From NCBI RefSeq assembly GCF_947331815.1, contig NZ_OX373462.1, forward strand, positions 513,376 through 545,375: a stretch of DNA of 32,000 nt, written 5' to 3'. The DNA is from Cyanobacterium sp. uoEpiScrs1. GTDB lineage: Bacteria > Cyanobacteriota > Cyanobacteriia > Cyanobacteriales > Microcystaceae. Numbering within the stretch: position 1 is the stretch's first letter; every line of letters starts with the position of its first letter. Below the pieces are notes generated by a model, which saw only the letters and a list, made by a program, of their open reading frames with translations, was not told the origin of the DNA and searched no databases. Of the stretch, positions 11,840 through 22,787 are shown piece by piece. The position numbers and the translations under genes were made by a program.

Positions 11840-13405
11840 ATGGATTTTTCTAGTAACATTGCCAGTCAACTGAATGCTGAAACAATTCTGCCAGAAGGAA
11901 TTGTGATTATTACTCTCCTCTTTATTTTGGTAGGAGACCTCATATTTGGCCGTAGTTCGAAAACCTGGCTACCTTATGCTGCCATGCTTGGGTTGTTTGC
12001 TTCGCTGATCGCTCTTTGTTTGGCTTGGGATACTGCTACTCCCATCGGTTTCTTAGGTTCATTTAACGGAGATAACCTCAGTATTATTTTTCGGGCTATT
12101 ATCGCCCTGTCTACTTTAGTAACTATTCTGATGTCAGTCCGTTATGTAGAACAAACAAGGACATCTTTGGCTGAATTTATAGCCATCATGTTAACGTCTA
12201 CCCTAGGAGGAATGTTCTTATGTGGGGCTAACGAGTTGGTGATGATTTTTATTTCCCTAGAAATGTTAAGTATTTCCTCTTACTTAATGACAGGGTATAT
12301 GAAACGGGACCCTCGTTCCAATGAAGCAGCTTTGAAATACCTTTTAATTGGGGCTTCTAGTTCAGCTATTTTCCTATATGGGGTTTCTCTTCTCTATGGT
12401 TTATCTGGAGGAGAAACTAACCTAAATGAGATTGCCACTAACATTACGAATGTAAGTGGAGGACAGTCTTTAGGAATACTCATTGCCTTAGTTTTTGTTA
12501 TTGCAGGAATTGCCTTTAAAATTTCTGCAGTTCCTTTTCATCAATGGACTCCTGATGTTTATGAAGGTTCCCCCACTCCCGTTGTTGCTTTTCTCTCTGT
12601 GGGTTCTAAAGCTGCAGGATTTGCCCTCGCAATTCGTCTATTAGTGACTTCTTTTACTGCAGTTGAAGAACAATGGCATCTTATTTTCACTGCTTTAGCC
12701 ATACTCAGTATGTTGTTGGGAAATATAGTAGCCTTAACTCAAACTAGCATGAAGCGGATGTTAGCCTATTCTTCTATTGGCCAAGCCGGTTTTGTCATGA
12801 TTGGTTTAGTGTCAGGTACTAATGAAGGGTACTCTAGTATGGTGTTTTATTTACTAATCTATCTGTTCATGAACTTGGGGGCATTTACGGGAGTTACTCT
12901 CTTTTCCCTACGGACTGGAACTGATAAAATTAGCGAATATGCCGGACTTTATCAAAAAGACCCCTTACTTACTTTAGGATTAAGTATTTGTTTACTTTCT
13001 TTAGGTGGTATTCCTCCGTTAGCTGGCTTTTTTGGCAAAATTTATATTTTCTGGGCAGGTTGGCAAGCGGAACTTTATGGGCTAGTTATCCTTGCCTTAG
13101 TCGCTAGTGTGATTTCTATCTATTATTACATCCGCGTAGTAAAAATGATGGTGGTGAAAGAGCCTCAAGAAATGTCAGATGCTGTAAAAAATTATCCCGA
13201 AATTTGTTGGAATTTATCGGGAATGCGTCCACTACAAGTGGGCTTAGTTTTGAGCATGATTGCTACTTCTTTGGCTGGAATTTTAGCGAATCCTTTGTTG
13301 ACTTTGGTTGATAACTCGGTCACTAGTACCCCAATTTTACAATCAGTTATTATCCATGACCAAATATCTCAACTTAAGACTACAGCCGATTTGGCTAACC
13401 AATGA
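11840..13405 (+). CDS. ndhB: NAD(P)H-quinone oxidoreductase subunit 2 (NdhB)
   Basis: 521 aa polytopic protein; [93 protein letters not shown]. Confidence 0.97.
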   Translation: MDFSSNIASQLNAETILPEGIVIITLLFILVGDLIFGRSSKTWLPYAAMLGLFASLIALCLAWDTATPIGFLGSFNGDNLSIIFRAIIALSTLVTILMSVRYVEQTRTSLAEFIAIMLTSTLGGMFLCGANELVMIFISLEMLSISSYLMTGYMKRDPRSNEAALKYLLIGASSSAIFLYGVSLLYGLSGGETNLNEIATNITNVSGGQSLGILIALVFVIAGIAFKISAVPFHQWTPDVYEGSPTPVVAFLSVGSKAAGFALAIRLLVTSFTAVEEQWHLIFTALAILSMLLGNIVALTQTSMKRMLAYSSIGQAGFVMIGLVSGTNEGYSSMVFYLLIYLFMNLGAFTGVTLFSLRTGTDKISEYAGLYQKDPLLTLGLSICLLSLGGIPPLAGFFGKIYIFWAGWQAELYGLVILALVASVISIYYYIRVVKMMVVKEPQEMSDAVKNYPEICWNLSGMRPLQVGLVLSMIATSLAGILANPLLTLVDNSVTSTPILQSVIIHDQISQLKTTADLANQ

Positions 13406-13426
13406 TTAATTGTCAATAGTAGGTGG

Positions 13427-13443
13427 GGTGGGCATTGCCCACC
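13427..13443 (+). terminator. GC-rich hairpin downstream of ndhB
   Basis: GGTGGGC-ATT-GCCCACC, 7-bp stem, followed by TTATCTTT, 22 nt after the ndhB stop. Confidence 0.6.
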
Positions 13444-14184
13444 TTATCTTTACAGCTGTCCAACTCATCCTTTATATTGAAGCGTAGCCTCCAGTTTTGT
13501 TTTTCTTAATATCTTTATGTTATTCCCAAAGATCTTTAAGCTGGTAATAAGTTTTTTGAAAAAAATTCTAGGTAGTATTTTCCAGTACTAAAACTACAAT
13601 TAATACTGTTTGACAGACTTCCCTATTTTAGTATTACAAACTAAGTTTGCTAGTAAAATTATTTCTCTATAGTAACTTTAACTTGATAGAAGATTTAAGA
13701 AGACGAAAATTACTATATATCGTGATAGCCTAGTACATAAATAATAAATAATTGAAGGTCCAATATTCGTGAATTATTTGATATAATTAATCATATCAAA
13801 CAGATTTGTATAATTTATAAAATACATTTTTTATATCGTATAAGTTACAAGCTATTGAGAAACTTGAGTGAATTAAAAAGTGCTAGTTGCTTGTCTTTCT
13901 GTAGTTTACTCAATGTATCGATTCAAGGTTTCTAAGTCGAAGTATAGCCTTTCTCTCTTTTGTGAGGTAGACTCTAATGTGTTTCTCCATATCTATTCCC
14001 TCAGAATAAATAATAATCTTAAATCCGTAGGATTACTATTATTGGAGCAAGCAACAGATAATAAGCAAAAAACAGTTAATTAGAATTTCAATAAACTGTA
14101 CTTGGTCAAAATTAAGAGAAATCTTTACACTAAAATACTATAGCTAAAAACAACTTAACGACTACTAATAAGGATAAACAACGA

Positions 14185-14919
14185 ATGGAAAAGCTTTATG
14201 AAGGAAAAGCCAAGATTATTTATGCTACTGATGATTCGGAAATCCTTACTACTCAATTTAAAGATGATTTGACAGCCTTTAATTCTTTAAAAAAAGGAAT
14301 GGCACAGGGGAAAGGAGCTATTAACTGTCATATTTCCTCAGTTTTATTTAAATTGCTAGAATCTAAGGATATAGCTACTCATTTTATTGATCAAATTGCT
14401 GATTGTGAAATGCGCGTCCGTGCTGTTAAAATTATCCCGCTCGAAGTAGTAATTAGAAATATTGCTGCGGGTAGCCTATGCCGACAAACAGGCTTAATTG
14501 AAGGTAAAATTTTACCTTTTCCTTTGGTAGAATTTTATTTAAAAAATGACGAGCTTGGAGATCCATTATTAACACGTGATCGTCTACTAATACTGGAATT
14601 AGCTTCCCCAAAACAACTTGAACAACTCCAGTCTATAGCATTGAAAATCAATAAATGTTTAACAGAGTTTTTTGCCAGCTGCCAGATTACTTTAGTAGAT
14701 TTCAAACTAGAATTTGGTTTAGATTCTCAAGGAAATCTCCTCCTAGCCGATGAAATTAGTCCTGATACTTGTCGGTTATGGGATCAACAAACAAAAAATT
14801 TACGAGATAGAGTTTTGGATAAAGATCGATTTCGACACGATTTAGGAGAAGTAGAAACGGCTTATCAACAGGTTCAACAAAGGATTTTAGAAAAATTAGG
14901 TATTAGACAAAGACCCTGA
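14185..14919 (+). CDS. purC: Phosphoribosylaminoimidazole-succinocarboxamide synthase
   Basis: 244 aa; LYEGKAKIIYATDD, FKDDLTAFNSLKKGMAQGKG, VVIRNIAAGSLCRQTGL, LVDFKLEFG, ADEISPDTCRLWD, DKDRFRHDLG. Confidence 0.98.
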   Translation: MEKLYEGKAKIIYATDDSEILTTQFKDDLTAFNSLKKGMAQGKGAINCHISSVLFKLLESKDIATHFIDQIADCEMRVRAVKIIPLEVVIRNIAAGSLCRQTGLIEGKILPFPLVEFYLKNDELGDPLLTRDRLLILELASPKQLEQLQSIALKINKCLTEFFASCQITLVDFKLEFGLDSQGNLLLADEISPDTCRLWDQQTKNLRDRVLDKDRFRHDLGEVETAYQQVQQRILEKLGIRQRP

Positions 14920-15060
14920 CATTGGAACCTTTATAAGTAGCCCTGGTCACTAGATTCGATAATTTAGCTCGGTTGCTTAGGCACTCTGGCAGCTATTATG
15001 AGTCAATAACAAAAACATAAATAAAATAAACAACACTGTAGCTTGATTGGGTGTGTGGAA

Positions 15061-17430
15061 GTGTCAAACGAGATTAAAAAATTACGGTTATCTCCTATGG
15101 TGGTAGTTCCTGTCGTGACTGCCACTATGTTAAACTTAACCCAGTCTATTAGGGGAGAGACTATAGCCCCTTTAACTGAAACAAGTGTTAAAGAGAAGAA
15201 TCTAAAAACTATCGTAAGTGTGGCAAAATTACAGTCCACCATGCTGGGGGACCCTAAACTAGTAGAACTAACATCTATTCCTATATTGGAAGACTCAACT
15301 GAAGGCAATTTAACCTTGCCGACGGACTTAAAAGCTAGTCAATTAGCTGTTTCCCAAGAGAATCAGCGATTAATAATACCTGTAACCCCAAAAGATTTAA
15401 ATTTTCAAACTTTGTCGGCTTTAGAACAGGGGACTACATTAGTTTCTAAGTTAAAAAAGTTGATCTCAGCAGATTTAACTTCTTCGGTGGATACTCAAGG
15501 GCAAACTGAAGTATCTGGAACAGGATTGCCTAAAAAGGAAGACTCACCAGCCTTAAAAGAAATTAACACCCCTATCATACCGTCCCCGTCAGATGATTCT
15601 TTAATTGAAGAATCATCCGGGAAAGAACCCAGAGTTTTGGTAGTAGAAGTCGTAGTTAGTGGGGTTGATGAGGACCTAGAAAATCTAGTCTACAACACTA
15701 TTCAAACTAGTCCAGGGCGAACAGCAACTCGCTCTCAATTGCAAGAAGATGTCAATGCAATTTATGCCACTGGATTCTTTTCTAATGTTAGAGTCACCCC
15801 TGCCGACACACCTTTAGGGGTACGCATTACTTTCGGTGTGAAACCTAATCCAACATTGAGTGAAGTGGTCGTAGAAACAGGCACAGATAAGGAAGCTCGA
15901 GCATTACCGCCCAAAGTTGTTAAAAATATTTTTGAGGATCAGTATGGGGCAATTCTTAACCTACGAGAATTACAAAACGGTATTCAAAAACTTAATGAAT
16001 GGTATTCTAAACAAGGCTATGATCTAGCACAAGTTATTGGTTCTCCTGAGGTTGGGGATAATGGAATTGTAACGCTGGTGGTCTCTGAAGGGGTAATTCA
16101 AGATATAAAAGTAAGATTTTTCGATGCAGAAGATGAACCCATCAATGGTCGGACACGCGCTTTTATTGTGACTCGTGAAATGCAACTTGAAGCAGGGAAT
16201 GTTTTCAACCGCAGAATCGCTCAAACTGATCTGCAAAGAGTCTTTGGTTTAGGGTTGTTTGAAGACGTCAGAATTTCTTTTAGTCCTGGGGAAGATCCGC
16301 GAGAGGTTATTGTTAACGTAGATGTAGTGGAAGGAAATACAGGCTCTCTAGCTGCGGGAGCTGGGATTAGTTCTACTAGTGGACTGTTTGGAACAATCAG
16401 TTATCAAGAACAAAACTTGGGGGGAAACAACCAAACTATTGGGGGTGAGGTTCAAGTTGGAGAACGGGAACTACTCTTTGATGTCAATTTTACCGATCCA
16501 TGGATTGCCGGCGATCCTTTTCGTACTGCTTATACGGTTAATGGATTTCGTAGACGGACTATTTCTTTAGTGTTTGACGGAGATGATTCTTCGATTAGGA
16601 CCCTTAACGATTTTGATAGTCCACGGGTGGTTCGGACTGGAGGTGGGGTGACTTTTGTACGCCCTTTAGCAGATGATCCCTTCAGCGTACCTGATTGGCG
16701 AACCTCTCTAGGCTTTAACTATCAACGGGTTCAAGTGGAAAATGCAGACGGTGATATTGCACCTTGGTCAGCTCCTCTTAATGGGTTTCCCTCTCAGCCG
16801 TTGGCCTTTAGTGATGAGGGAAAGGATGACTTGTTTACTATCAGTTTTGGAGCTTCTCAAGACTTCCGTAATAATCCCTTACGTCCTACAAGTGGTCATC
16901 TGTTGCGCTTAGGAGTTGAACAAACTATACCTTTAGGTTCAGGCAGTATTTTCTTTACTCGACTACGAGGAAGCTATAGTCACTATATCCCGGTAGATTT
17001 TATTGATTTAGGTTTTATTGAGGAGGATCAACCAAGACCTCAAGCATTGGCCTTTAATTTTCAAGCGGGCACAGCTTTCGAAGATTTACCTCCTTATGAA
17101 GCCTTTGTAATTGGGGGTAGTAACTCAGTACGGGGTTATGATGAAGGAGAATTAGGAAATGGACGTAGTTATTTCCAAGCAACAGCCGAATACCGCTTTC
17201 CTATCATTCCAGCAGTTGGAGCAGCTCTCTTTGTTGACTATGGGACAACGATTAAGTCTCAACGTTCAGTCAGAGGCTTTCCAGGTACGATTCGAGGACT
17301 ACCTAGTGATGGTTACGGTTACGGTCTTGGTGTTCGCATTCAATCACCAGTTGGACCGATTCGGGTTGATTATGGGGTTAATAATGAGGGGGATTCTCGT
17401 CTCCACTTTGGCATTGGAGAAAGGTTTTAA
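15061..17430 (+). CDS. bamA: Omp85/BamA outer-membrane assembly protein with POTRA domains
   Basis: POTRA-like repeats (e.g. RTATRSQLQEDVNAIYATGFFSNVRV) and a C-terminal beta-barrel with VIGGSNSVRGYDEGELGNGRSYFQATAEYRFPI and a final GERF. The start codon is uncertain; the ORF opens at 15043, and GTG at 15061 is plausible. Confidence 0.92.
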   Translation: MSNEIKKLRLSPMVVVPVVTATMLNLTQSIRGETIAPLTETSVKEKNLKTIVSVAKLQSTMLGDPKLVELTSIPILEDSTEGNLTLPTDLKASQLAVSQENQRLIIPVTPKDLNFQTLSALEQGTTLVSKLKKLISADLTSSVDTQGQTEVSGTGLPKKEDSPALKEINTPIIPSPSDDSLIEESSGKEPRVLVVEVVVSGVDEDLENLVYNTIQTSPGRTATRSQLQEDVNAIYATGFFSNVRVTPADTPLGVRITFGVKPNPTLSEVVVETGTDKEARALPPKVVKNIFEDQYGAILNLRELQNGIQKLNEWYSKQGYDLAQVIGSPEVGDNGIVTLVVSEGVIQDIKVRFFDAEDEPINGRTRAFIVTREMQLEAGNVFNRRIAQTDLQRVFGLGLFEDVRISFSPGEDPREVIVNVDVVEGNTGSLAAGAGISSTSGLFGTISYQEQNLGGNNQTIGGEVQVGERELLFDVNFTDPWIAGDPFRTAYTVNGFRRRTISLVFDGDDSSIRTLNDFDSPRVVRTGGGVTFVRPLADDPFSVPDWRTSLGFNYQRVQVENADGDIAPWSAPLNGFPSQPLAFSDEGKDDLFTISFGASQDFRNNPLRPTSGHLLRLGVEQTIPLGSGSIFFTRLRGSYSHYIPVDFIDLGFIEEDQPRPQALAFNFQAGTAFEDLPPYEAFVIGGSNSVRGYDEGELGNGRSYFQATAEYRFPIIPAVGAALFVDYGTTIKSQRSVRGFPGTIRGLPSDGYGYGLGVRIQSPVGPIRVDYGVNNEGDSRLHFGIGERF

Positions 17431-17867
17431 TGAAAAATTAGGTTTTGATTTTATTGTTTTTCTTATATTTTCCTCAATTCTTAAAATAATTTTAATTAGA
17501 GGACAAAATCATCGTTTTTGTTCGATAGAAGTTAAACAACTTAATTTTTAAATCAATGTAGTTTTTATCTAAAAATACCCAATAAAAATCTCATAATCTA
17601 TTTCTATAAAGTCCAATTTATAACGAAAATATATTATACAGATAGTTGATTATTTGCTAATTTTTTTTGCTTAGTAAAATGAATAAATATAATAATTAAC
17701 AAAGAAATATAATCTATTCTAGAATTAGTATAAAAAATAAGTCTTTAATAACAAAAGTAACACTATAAGATATTAGAGTGTTGCTTTTGCTAATTTGAAC
17801 TTCTTATAAATTATTAATCAATTTAATATTGAGTTTACTAAAATTCTGTTACTTATAAGTCAAAATA

Positions 17868-17984
17868 AGCAGGTGATTAACAGCGTACGTCAGCTTATTT
17901 ACCAAAAGATTTGAGATAAAACTCAATCAAGTTCAAGGTATTTTTCAACTGATAGACAAATTTTTTTAGAAATCACCCTGCTTT
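17868..17984. other. Inverted-repeat-bounded structured element (candidate ncRNA or decayed element)
   Basis: AAGCAGG-TGATT at 17868-17879 pairs with AATCACCCTGCTT at 17972-17984 (12 bp plus one bulge); an internal hairpin TTGAG-ataaaa-CTCAA lies inside. Confidence 0.35.
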
Positions 17985-18258
17985 ACTTGCATAGAGGGAA
18001 TGCCATCTTTGGTATAGATGCATTAAAGTGAAATTCAGTCCTTTAAGATATCCATTGAGAAAAACTACTAGAAGCAGTTTTAGGGGCTAAGAAGGCTTCT
18101 AGTCTCCATATTATTACGATCAAGATTAACGGTCTGATAAGTGGCTGAGGCATTAGAATTAGATATGAAGACTGGATATGAAGTAAGTAAGAGAGATATA
18201 AATCAATAATAATTGATAATAGCCTATTTTTTACCTTTAGATAGTAGTGGGGATAATT

Positions 18259-19083
18259 ATGAGTTCTACGCTTAGAGAAATTGTTACAGTATCGGGAATC
18301 GGGCTACATTCTGGAGTAGAAACTCAGGTAAGTATTTTACCTGCACAATCGGGAGAAGGTCGCTATTTTGTAAGGGTAGATTTACCTGGAAATCCTATAA
18401 TTCCTGCCGAGGTAGCTTCAGTTAGCGAGACGACTTTATCAACGAAATTAAGTCGAGGAAATGTAGCTATTCGTACGGTCGAACATCTTCTCTCCACGTT
18501 AATCGCCATTGGGGTCAAAGACGCTCGTATTGAAGTTGATGGGACAGAAATACCGCTATTGGATGGATCTGCGCAAGAATGGCTTAAAGCGATAATTTGT
18601 GGGGGTGTTACTCCTTCTTCATGGTCCACAAATTCTACTTTATTAGAACCGATTTGGGTTAGGGATGGAGATGCTTTTGTGGCTGCTATCCCCGCGTTTG
18701 AGACTCGCTTCACCTATGGAATTGATTTTCCTTACCCTGCTATTGGCAATCAGTGGCATAGTTGGAATCCTAATATAGACTCCTTTGAAAAAGATATTGC
18801 TCCTGCTAGAACTTTTGGTTTTGCTGATCAAATTGAAAAACTACAAAAAATGGGTTTAATTCAAGGAGGAAGTTTAAAAAATGCCTTAGTGTGTGATCAC
18901 GAAAAATGGTTAAATCTTCCTTTGAGATTTGAGAATGAGCCAGCCCGTCATAAATTATTAGATTTAATTGGGGATTTAAGTTTGTTAGGAACCATTCCTC
19001 AAGGACATTTTTTGGCCTATAAAGCAAGTCATAAGCTTCATATTCAATTAGCTATGGCGATCAAAAAAAAATTAAATACTTAA
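18259..19083 (+). CDS. lpxC: UDP-3-O-acyl-N-acetylglucosamine deacetylase LpxC
   Basis: [81 protein letters not shown]. The start was trimmed to MSSTLREI. Confidence 0.95.
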   Translation: MSSTLREIVTVSGIGLHSGVETQVSILPAQSGEGRYFVRVDLPGNPIIPAEVASVSETTLSTKLSRGNVAIRTVEHLLSTLIAIGVKDARIEVDGTEIPLLDGSAQEWLKAIICGGVTPSSWSTNSTLLEPIWVRDGDAFVAAIPAFETRFTYGIDFPYPAIGNQWHSWNPNIDSFEKDIAPARTFGFADQIEKLQKMGLIQGGSLKNALVCDHEKWLNLPLRFENEPARHKLLDLIGDLSLLGTIPQGHFLAYKASHKLHIQLAMAIKKKLNT

Positions 19084-19255
19084 GAGTAAAAATAAATCGA
19101 CCTGATAAATAACCACAGCTGCGATTTAGATTCAAACTCTAATATGACTTAACTATTTTCTAGGAAAGCAAAAAAGTTTTCCATGAGGGGAAAGCAGAGT
19201 TATCATTAGACATAAGTTTGTTCCTACTAAAACTAGTGCTCTGTATTGCCAAACT

Positions 19256-19615
19256 ATGGTCCATTATCATACAGTTCGCATCAATCATCGTCAAGAAGGA
19301 AAAGAATATACCCTGGAAGTACCCGATGATCGCTACATTCTTCATAGTGCGGAAGAACAAGGTAATCAATTACCTTTCTTGTGTAGAAACGGGGCTTGTA
19401 CTACTTGTGCTGTGCGTATTTTGTCAGGAGAGGTCTATCAACCCGAAGCTATCGGGTTATCTTCAGAATTAAAAGACAGAGGTTATGCTTTATTGTGTGT
19501 TAGTTACGCTCGATCTAGCTTAGAGTTAGAAACTCAAAACGAGGATGAAGTTTATGATCTTCAATTTGGACAAAATTTTGGGAGGGGAAAAAAAATTAAG
19601 AATTTTTATAGATAA
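19256..19615 (+). CDS. 2Fe-2S ferredoxin
   Basis: 119 aa with the plant-type cluster motif FLCRNGACTTCAVRI...LLC; YTLEVPDDRYILHSAEEQG. Confidence 0.92.
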   Translation: MVHYHTVRINHRQEGKEYTLEVPDDRYILHSAEEQGNQLPFLCRNGACTTCAVRILSGEVYQPEAIGLSSELKDRGYALLCVSYARSSLELETQNEDEVYDLQFGQNFGRGKKIKNFYR

Positions 19616-19760
19616 TGATTCAATAACTGAAGAAGAATAGCCATATCTATCCTCAATTATTGAAAAGAAACAAAATTGTACACAATAGCTTAAAAGCTTC
19701 TCTTTAGAAAAAAACTTATCCATCGTTAAATTATCAACAGCTTATTATTAACTGCTAATT

Positions 19761-20603
19761 ATGCACAAACAAGTCCAACATGAACTGGAAATACTCTTAG
19801 AAGTTGCTACGGAAGCAGTAATGACCGCTGGAGTAGTTTTGCAAGATCTTTGGGGTAAATTAGAAACAATTGAAGAAAAAGATCGTTCTGGAGATTTAGT
19901 TACCGAAGCCGATAAAACGGCAGAAGCAGCTATTTTAAAAATTCTACGTCGTCGAGTCCCTCAACATCAAATTCTAGCTGAGGAGTCTGGTCTTTTAGGA
20001 ATAGATGAAAGTAATTATCTTTGGGTAGTTGATCCCCTTGATGGAACTACAAACTATGCCCATGGTTATCCTATTTCCGCTGTATCTGTTGGGTTACTGG
20101 TAGAAGGAATTCCCCAAGTGGGGGCTATCTACGATCCTTTTAGAAAAGAGCTATTTAGAGCAGCTAAAGGATTAGGAGCTACCCTTAATTATCGTCCTAT
20201 TCAAGTTTCTAAAACTACAGAATTAAGTAATAGTTTGTTAGTAACAGGATTTGCTTATGATCGCCGAGACACTCAAGATACTAACTATCCTGAATTTTGT
20301 TACCTAACTCATATCACTCAAGGGGTACGCCGTACAGGATCAGCAGCCCTTGATTTAGCTAATGTAGCTTGTGGCCGCTTCGATGGGTATTGGGAAAAAG
20401 GGTTAAGTCCTTGGGACATTAGTGCAGGAGTTATTATCTTGGAAGAAGCAGGGGGAAAAATATCCGCTTATGATGGGAGTACTTTAATTCTTAAGTCGGG
20501 GAAGTTATTAGCTACCAACGGGCATATTCATCATGTTTTGAGTCAAGCTTTGAATGAAGCGCTTCCTTGGCTACGAAATTTTTATCAGGCAAAATCACTA
20601 TAG
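19761..20603 (+). CDS. suhB: Inositol monophosphatase family protein (SuhB-like)
   Basis: 280 aa; DLVTEADKTAEAAI, ILAEESG, LWVVDPLDGTTNYAHGYP, GLSPWDISAGVIILEEAGG. Confidence 0.92.
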   Translation: MHKQVQHELEILLEVATEAVMTAGVVLQDLWGKLETIEEKDRSGDLVTEADKTAEAAILKILRRRVPQHQILAEESGLLGIDESNYLWVVDPLDGTTNYAHGYPISAVSVGLLVEGIPQVGAIYDPFRKELFRAAKGLGATLNYRPIQVSKTTELSNSLLVTGFAYDRRDTQDTNYPEFCYLTHITQGVRRTGSAALDLANVACGRFDGYWEKGLSPWDISAGVIILEEAGGKISAYDGSTLILKSGKLLATNGHIHHVLSQALNEALPWLRNFYQAKSL

Positions 20604-21090
20604 TCGAATAATAGGTAGTCCTAGCTATATGGACTTAGAATTTTGTATGAGCTTTCCTATGAAATGAGGACTGTTTGAATGTGCTATCATCAATCGACAA
20701 CACAATATAATGTTCGACTTTCCAACAAATGTAGATATCAAGCAAATTAACTTTACTTAAAAGTCACCTTTTGTGTGTATTCTAATAGCTACAAAAATCA
20801 AATAGAAAACATTAAGCAACTAAAGATGAATAGAGAAATATTGTGATGAATAACCGTTAATCTCAGCTCAAATACTCTGTATTTAGGCGAAGGAGATAAG
20901 GTTACAACTATCCAAAATACTAACTTAATTTATCTAAACTAAAAGTTAATTAAATACTTAATTGCTGAACAGTACCAGGCTTAGAGTTAACATTTTTATA
21001 AAAATTGCCCAACTTAATGAATACGTCCAAGGAAAAACTATGGTTGAATCTTTATACTGAACTGCCTAAATCTTAGTCTGGTTTAGATAA

Positions 21091-21234
21091 TCATTAACAA
21101 CCGCTGGAGATTTAAAAACTCATGTTTCTACTGTTGATTCTGTTAATCGTAATTCTATAATGACTTGGGACATTATAGAATTACGAGAGGCTCTTAAAAC
21201 TGAACCAAATAATTACGTATTCCGTTCGCCATAA
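21091..21234 (+). other. Short unlisted open frame (about 47 codons), possible small gene or 3' remnant of a decayed gene
   Basis: Stop-free frame SLTTAGDLKTHVSTVDSVNRNSIMTWDIIELREALKTEPNNYVFRSP*, with protein-like composition in an otherwise stop-rich spacer. No family recognised. Confidence 0.25.
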
Positions 21235-21476
21235 TTAAGGTCCACGGCGATCAAGCTTCACCAAGAAACTCTAAACATCTGGTAGTTATTTAAACGAAAC
21301 AATCCTTTAATCAACTGATGAACAATTAATTGAGGGAGAACTTTTTGACTCTTCATTTTGTTCAAAAAAGTAGTTTATACTTAGCTGGTAAAAGATAATC
21401 CTACGCTAGGCTAAAAGACGGGACTTTAACCTCCCTGTTTAGAGGAAACAATACAAGGTAATAAGCATAAAAAACT

Positions 21477-22700
21477 ATGATTCATCAACCACCTGCTGGA
21501 GCAAGGGACTTACTTCCCCTCGAAGTTGTACAAAAGGCTTGGATTAATGATCATCTTCAAAAAGTCTTTGGACAATGGGGATACCAACGTGTCGTTACCT
21601 CGACTATTGAATGGTTAGAAACGTTGACGGCTGGAGGAGCTATCGATCCTTCAACAGTCATTCAACTGCAGGATAGTTCTACAGGGCAATTAGGATTGCG
21701 GCCGGAACTAACTGCCTCAATCGCCAGGACTGTCGTTACTCGCATGGCTGACACTGCTTATCCCCAACGCCTTTGTTATCGTGCTAATGTTTTTCGAGAT
21801 CCTCCGGTAGGTCATCACGGAAGACAGTTAGAATTTTATCAAGCCGGGGTAGAATTACTTTTCTCGGGGGGAGTGTTAGCGGATGCGGAAATTTTATTAT
21901 TAGTCGCTGATTGTCTTGAACAGTTAAAAATTCCCTATTGGCATCTCATTTTAGGAGAAGCTAGTCTCACTAGATCGCTTCTTAAACCCTTTCCAGGTTC
22001 CCTCAAGAATCAGGTTCGTCAATGTTTGGCCCAACTTGACTATGTTACTTTGGAAAATCTTGATTACCCTTCTATTGACTTACAAGAACGAGGAAAATTA
22101 TTATTTGATTTGCGGGGAACTCCTACTCAGGTGCTCCAAAAAGTTGTTCAATTAGAGTTAGATAAAGAGGGACAAAAAAGTGTTAATAATCTGAAGTCCC
22201 TAGTCGAACTAATTGAAACGAGTTGGTCAAAACCATTTCCATTTACCTTGGATTTAAGTTTAATTCAAACCTTTGACTACTATACAGGAATAGTATTTAA
22301 GGCTGTTGGACAAAATAATAGCCAATTGAAAATTTTAGGTCAAGGAGGACGTTATGATGAACTTCTTGGGGTTTACCATCCTCGAAGGATGTCAGCCCCA
22401 GGTATCGGATTTTCTTTCAATCTTGAAGACATATATACCTGTTTATTAACCACTACTATTTTGCCGCAAACTCCTCCTCTAATTGATTACCTAGTAATTG
22501 CTCAAACTTCTCAAGCTCAACCAATGGCCTTGAATTATGCTCAAAAACTTAGACAGTCCTCAGAAAAACTAAGAATAGCCCTAGAATTGGGGGGACGTTC
22601 TCCTGAAGAAATCCGTAATTATGCGCTGCGAAGTTACATTAAAAGTCTCGTTTGGATAACTGACAAAGAAGAAGTAAAAATTGAAGTTTTGAATAATTAG
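21477..22700 (+). CDS. hisZ: ATP phosphoribosyltransferase regulatory subunit HisZ
   Basis: 407 aa HisRS-like protein: PAGARDLLP, LRPELTASIARTV, YRANVFRDPPVGHHGRQLEFYQAGVEL, GGRYDELLGVY, GIGFSFNLE. It lacks the anticodon-binding region expected of HisRS. Confidence 0.93.
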   Translation: MIHQPPAGARDLLPLEVVQKAWINDHLQKVFGQWGYQRVVTSTIEWLETLTAGGAIDPSTVIQLQDSSTGQLGLRPELTASIARTVVTRMADTAYPQRLCYRANVFRDPPVGHHGRQLEFYQAGVELLFSGGVLADAEILLLVADCLEQLKIPYWHLILGEASLTRSLLKPFPGSLKNQVRQCLAQLDYVTLENLDYPSIDLQERGKLLFDLRGTPTQVLQKVVQLELDKEGQKSVNNLKSLVELIETSWSKPFPFTLDLSLIQTFDYYTGIVFKAVGQNNSQLKILGQGGRYDELLGVYHPRRMSAPGIGFSFNLEDIYTCLLTTTILPQTPPLIDYLVIAQTSQAQPMALNYAQKLRQSSEKLRIALELGGRSPEEIRNYALRSYIKSLVWITDKEEVKIEVLNN

Positions 22701-22787
22701 ACCGAAAATCAACTCTGATTTCAGTGATTACTTTTCAAGTCTATTATTTAGAAATAAACTACATATCTATCTAGAAAACTCATCAAA

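Noticed and set aside
13880-14083. 67-aa plus-strand ORF upstream of purC
   Set aside because: No motif, rare start context, and composition typical of random AT-rich spacer.
14920-15000. Possible tRNA between purC and bamA, suggested by AGATTCGATAATTT
   Set aside because: No acceptor stem, no D or anticodon arm, and no GGTTCRA-type T arm with pairing. No convincing tRNA was found by eye anywhere in the window.
15003-15308. 101-aa minus-strand ORF (and similar at 16024-16236)
   Set aside because: Antisense to the bamA/Omp85 coding sequence.
18363-18831. Minus-strand ORFs 18363-18713 and 18643-18831
   Set aside because: Antisense shadows of lpxC.
19218-19472. 84-aa plus-strand ORF
   Set aside because: Out-of-frame overlap with the clear 2Fe-2S ferredoxin at 19256-19615.
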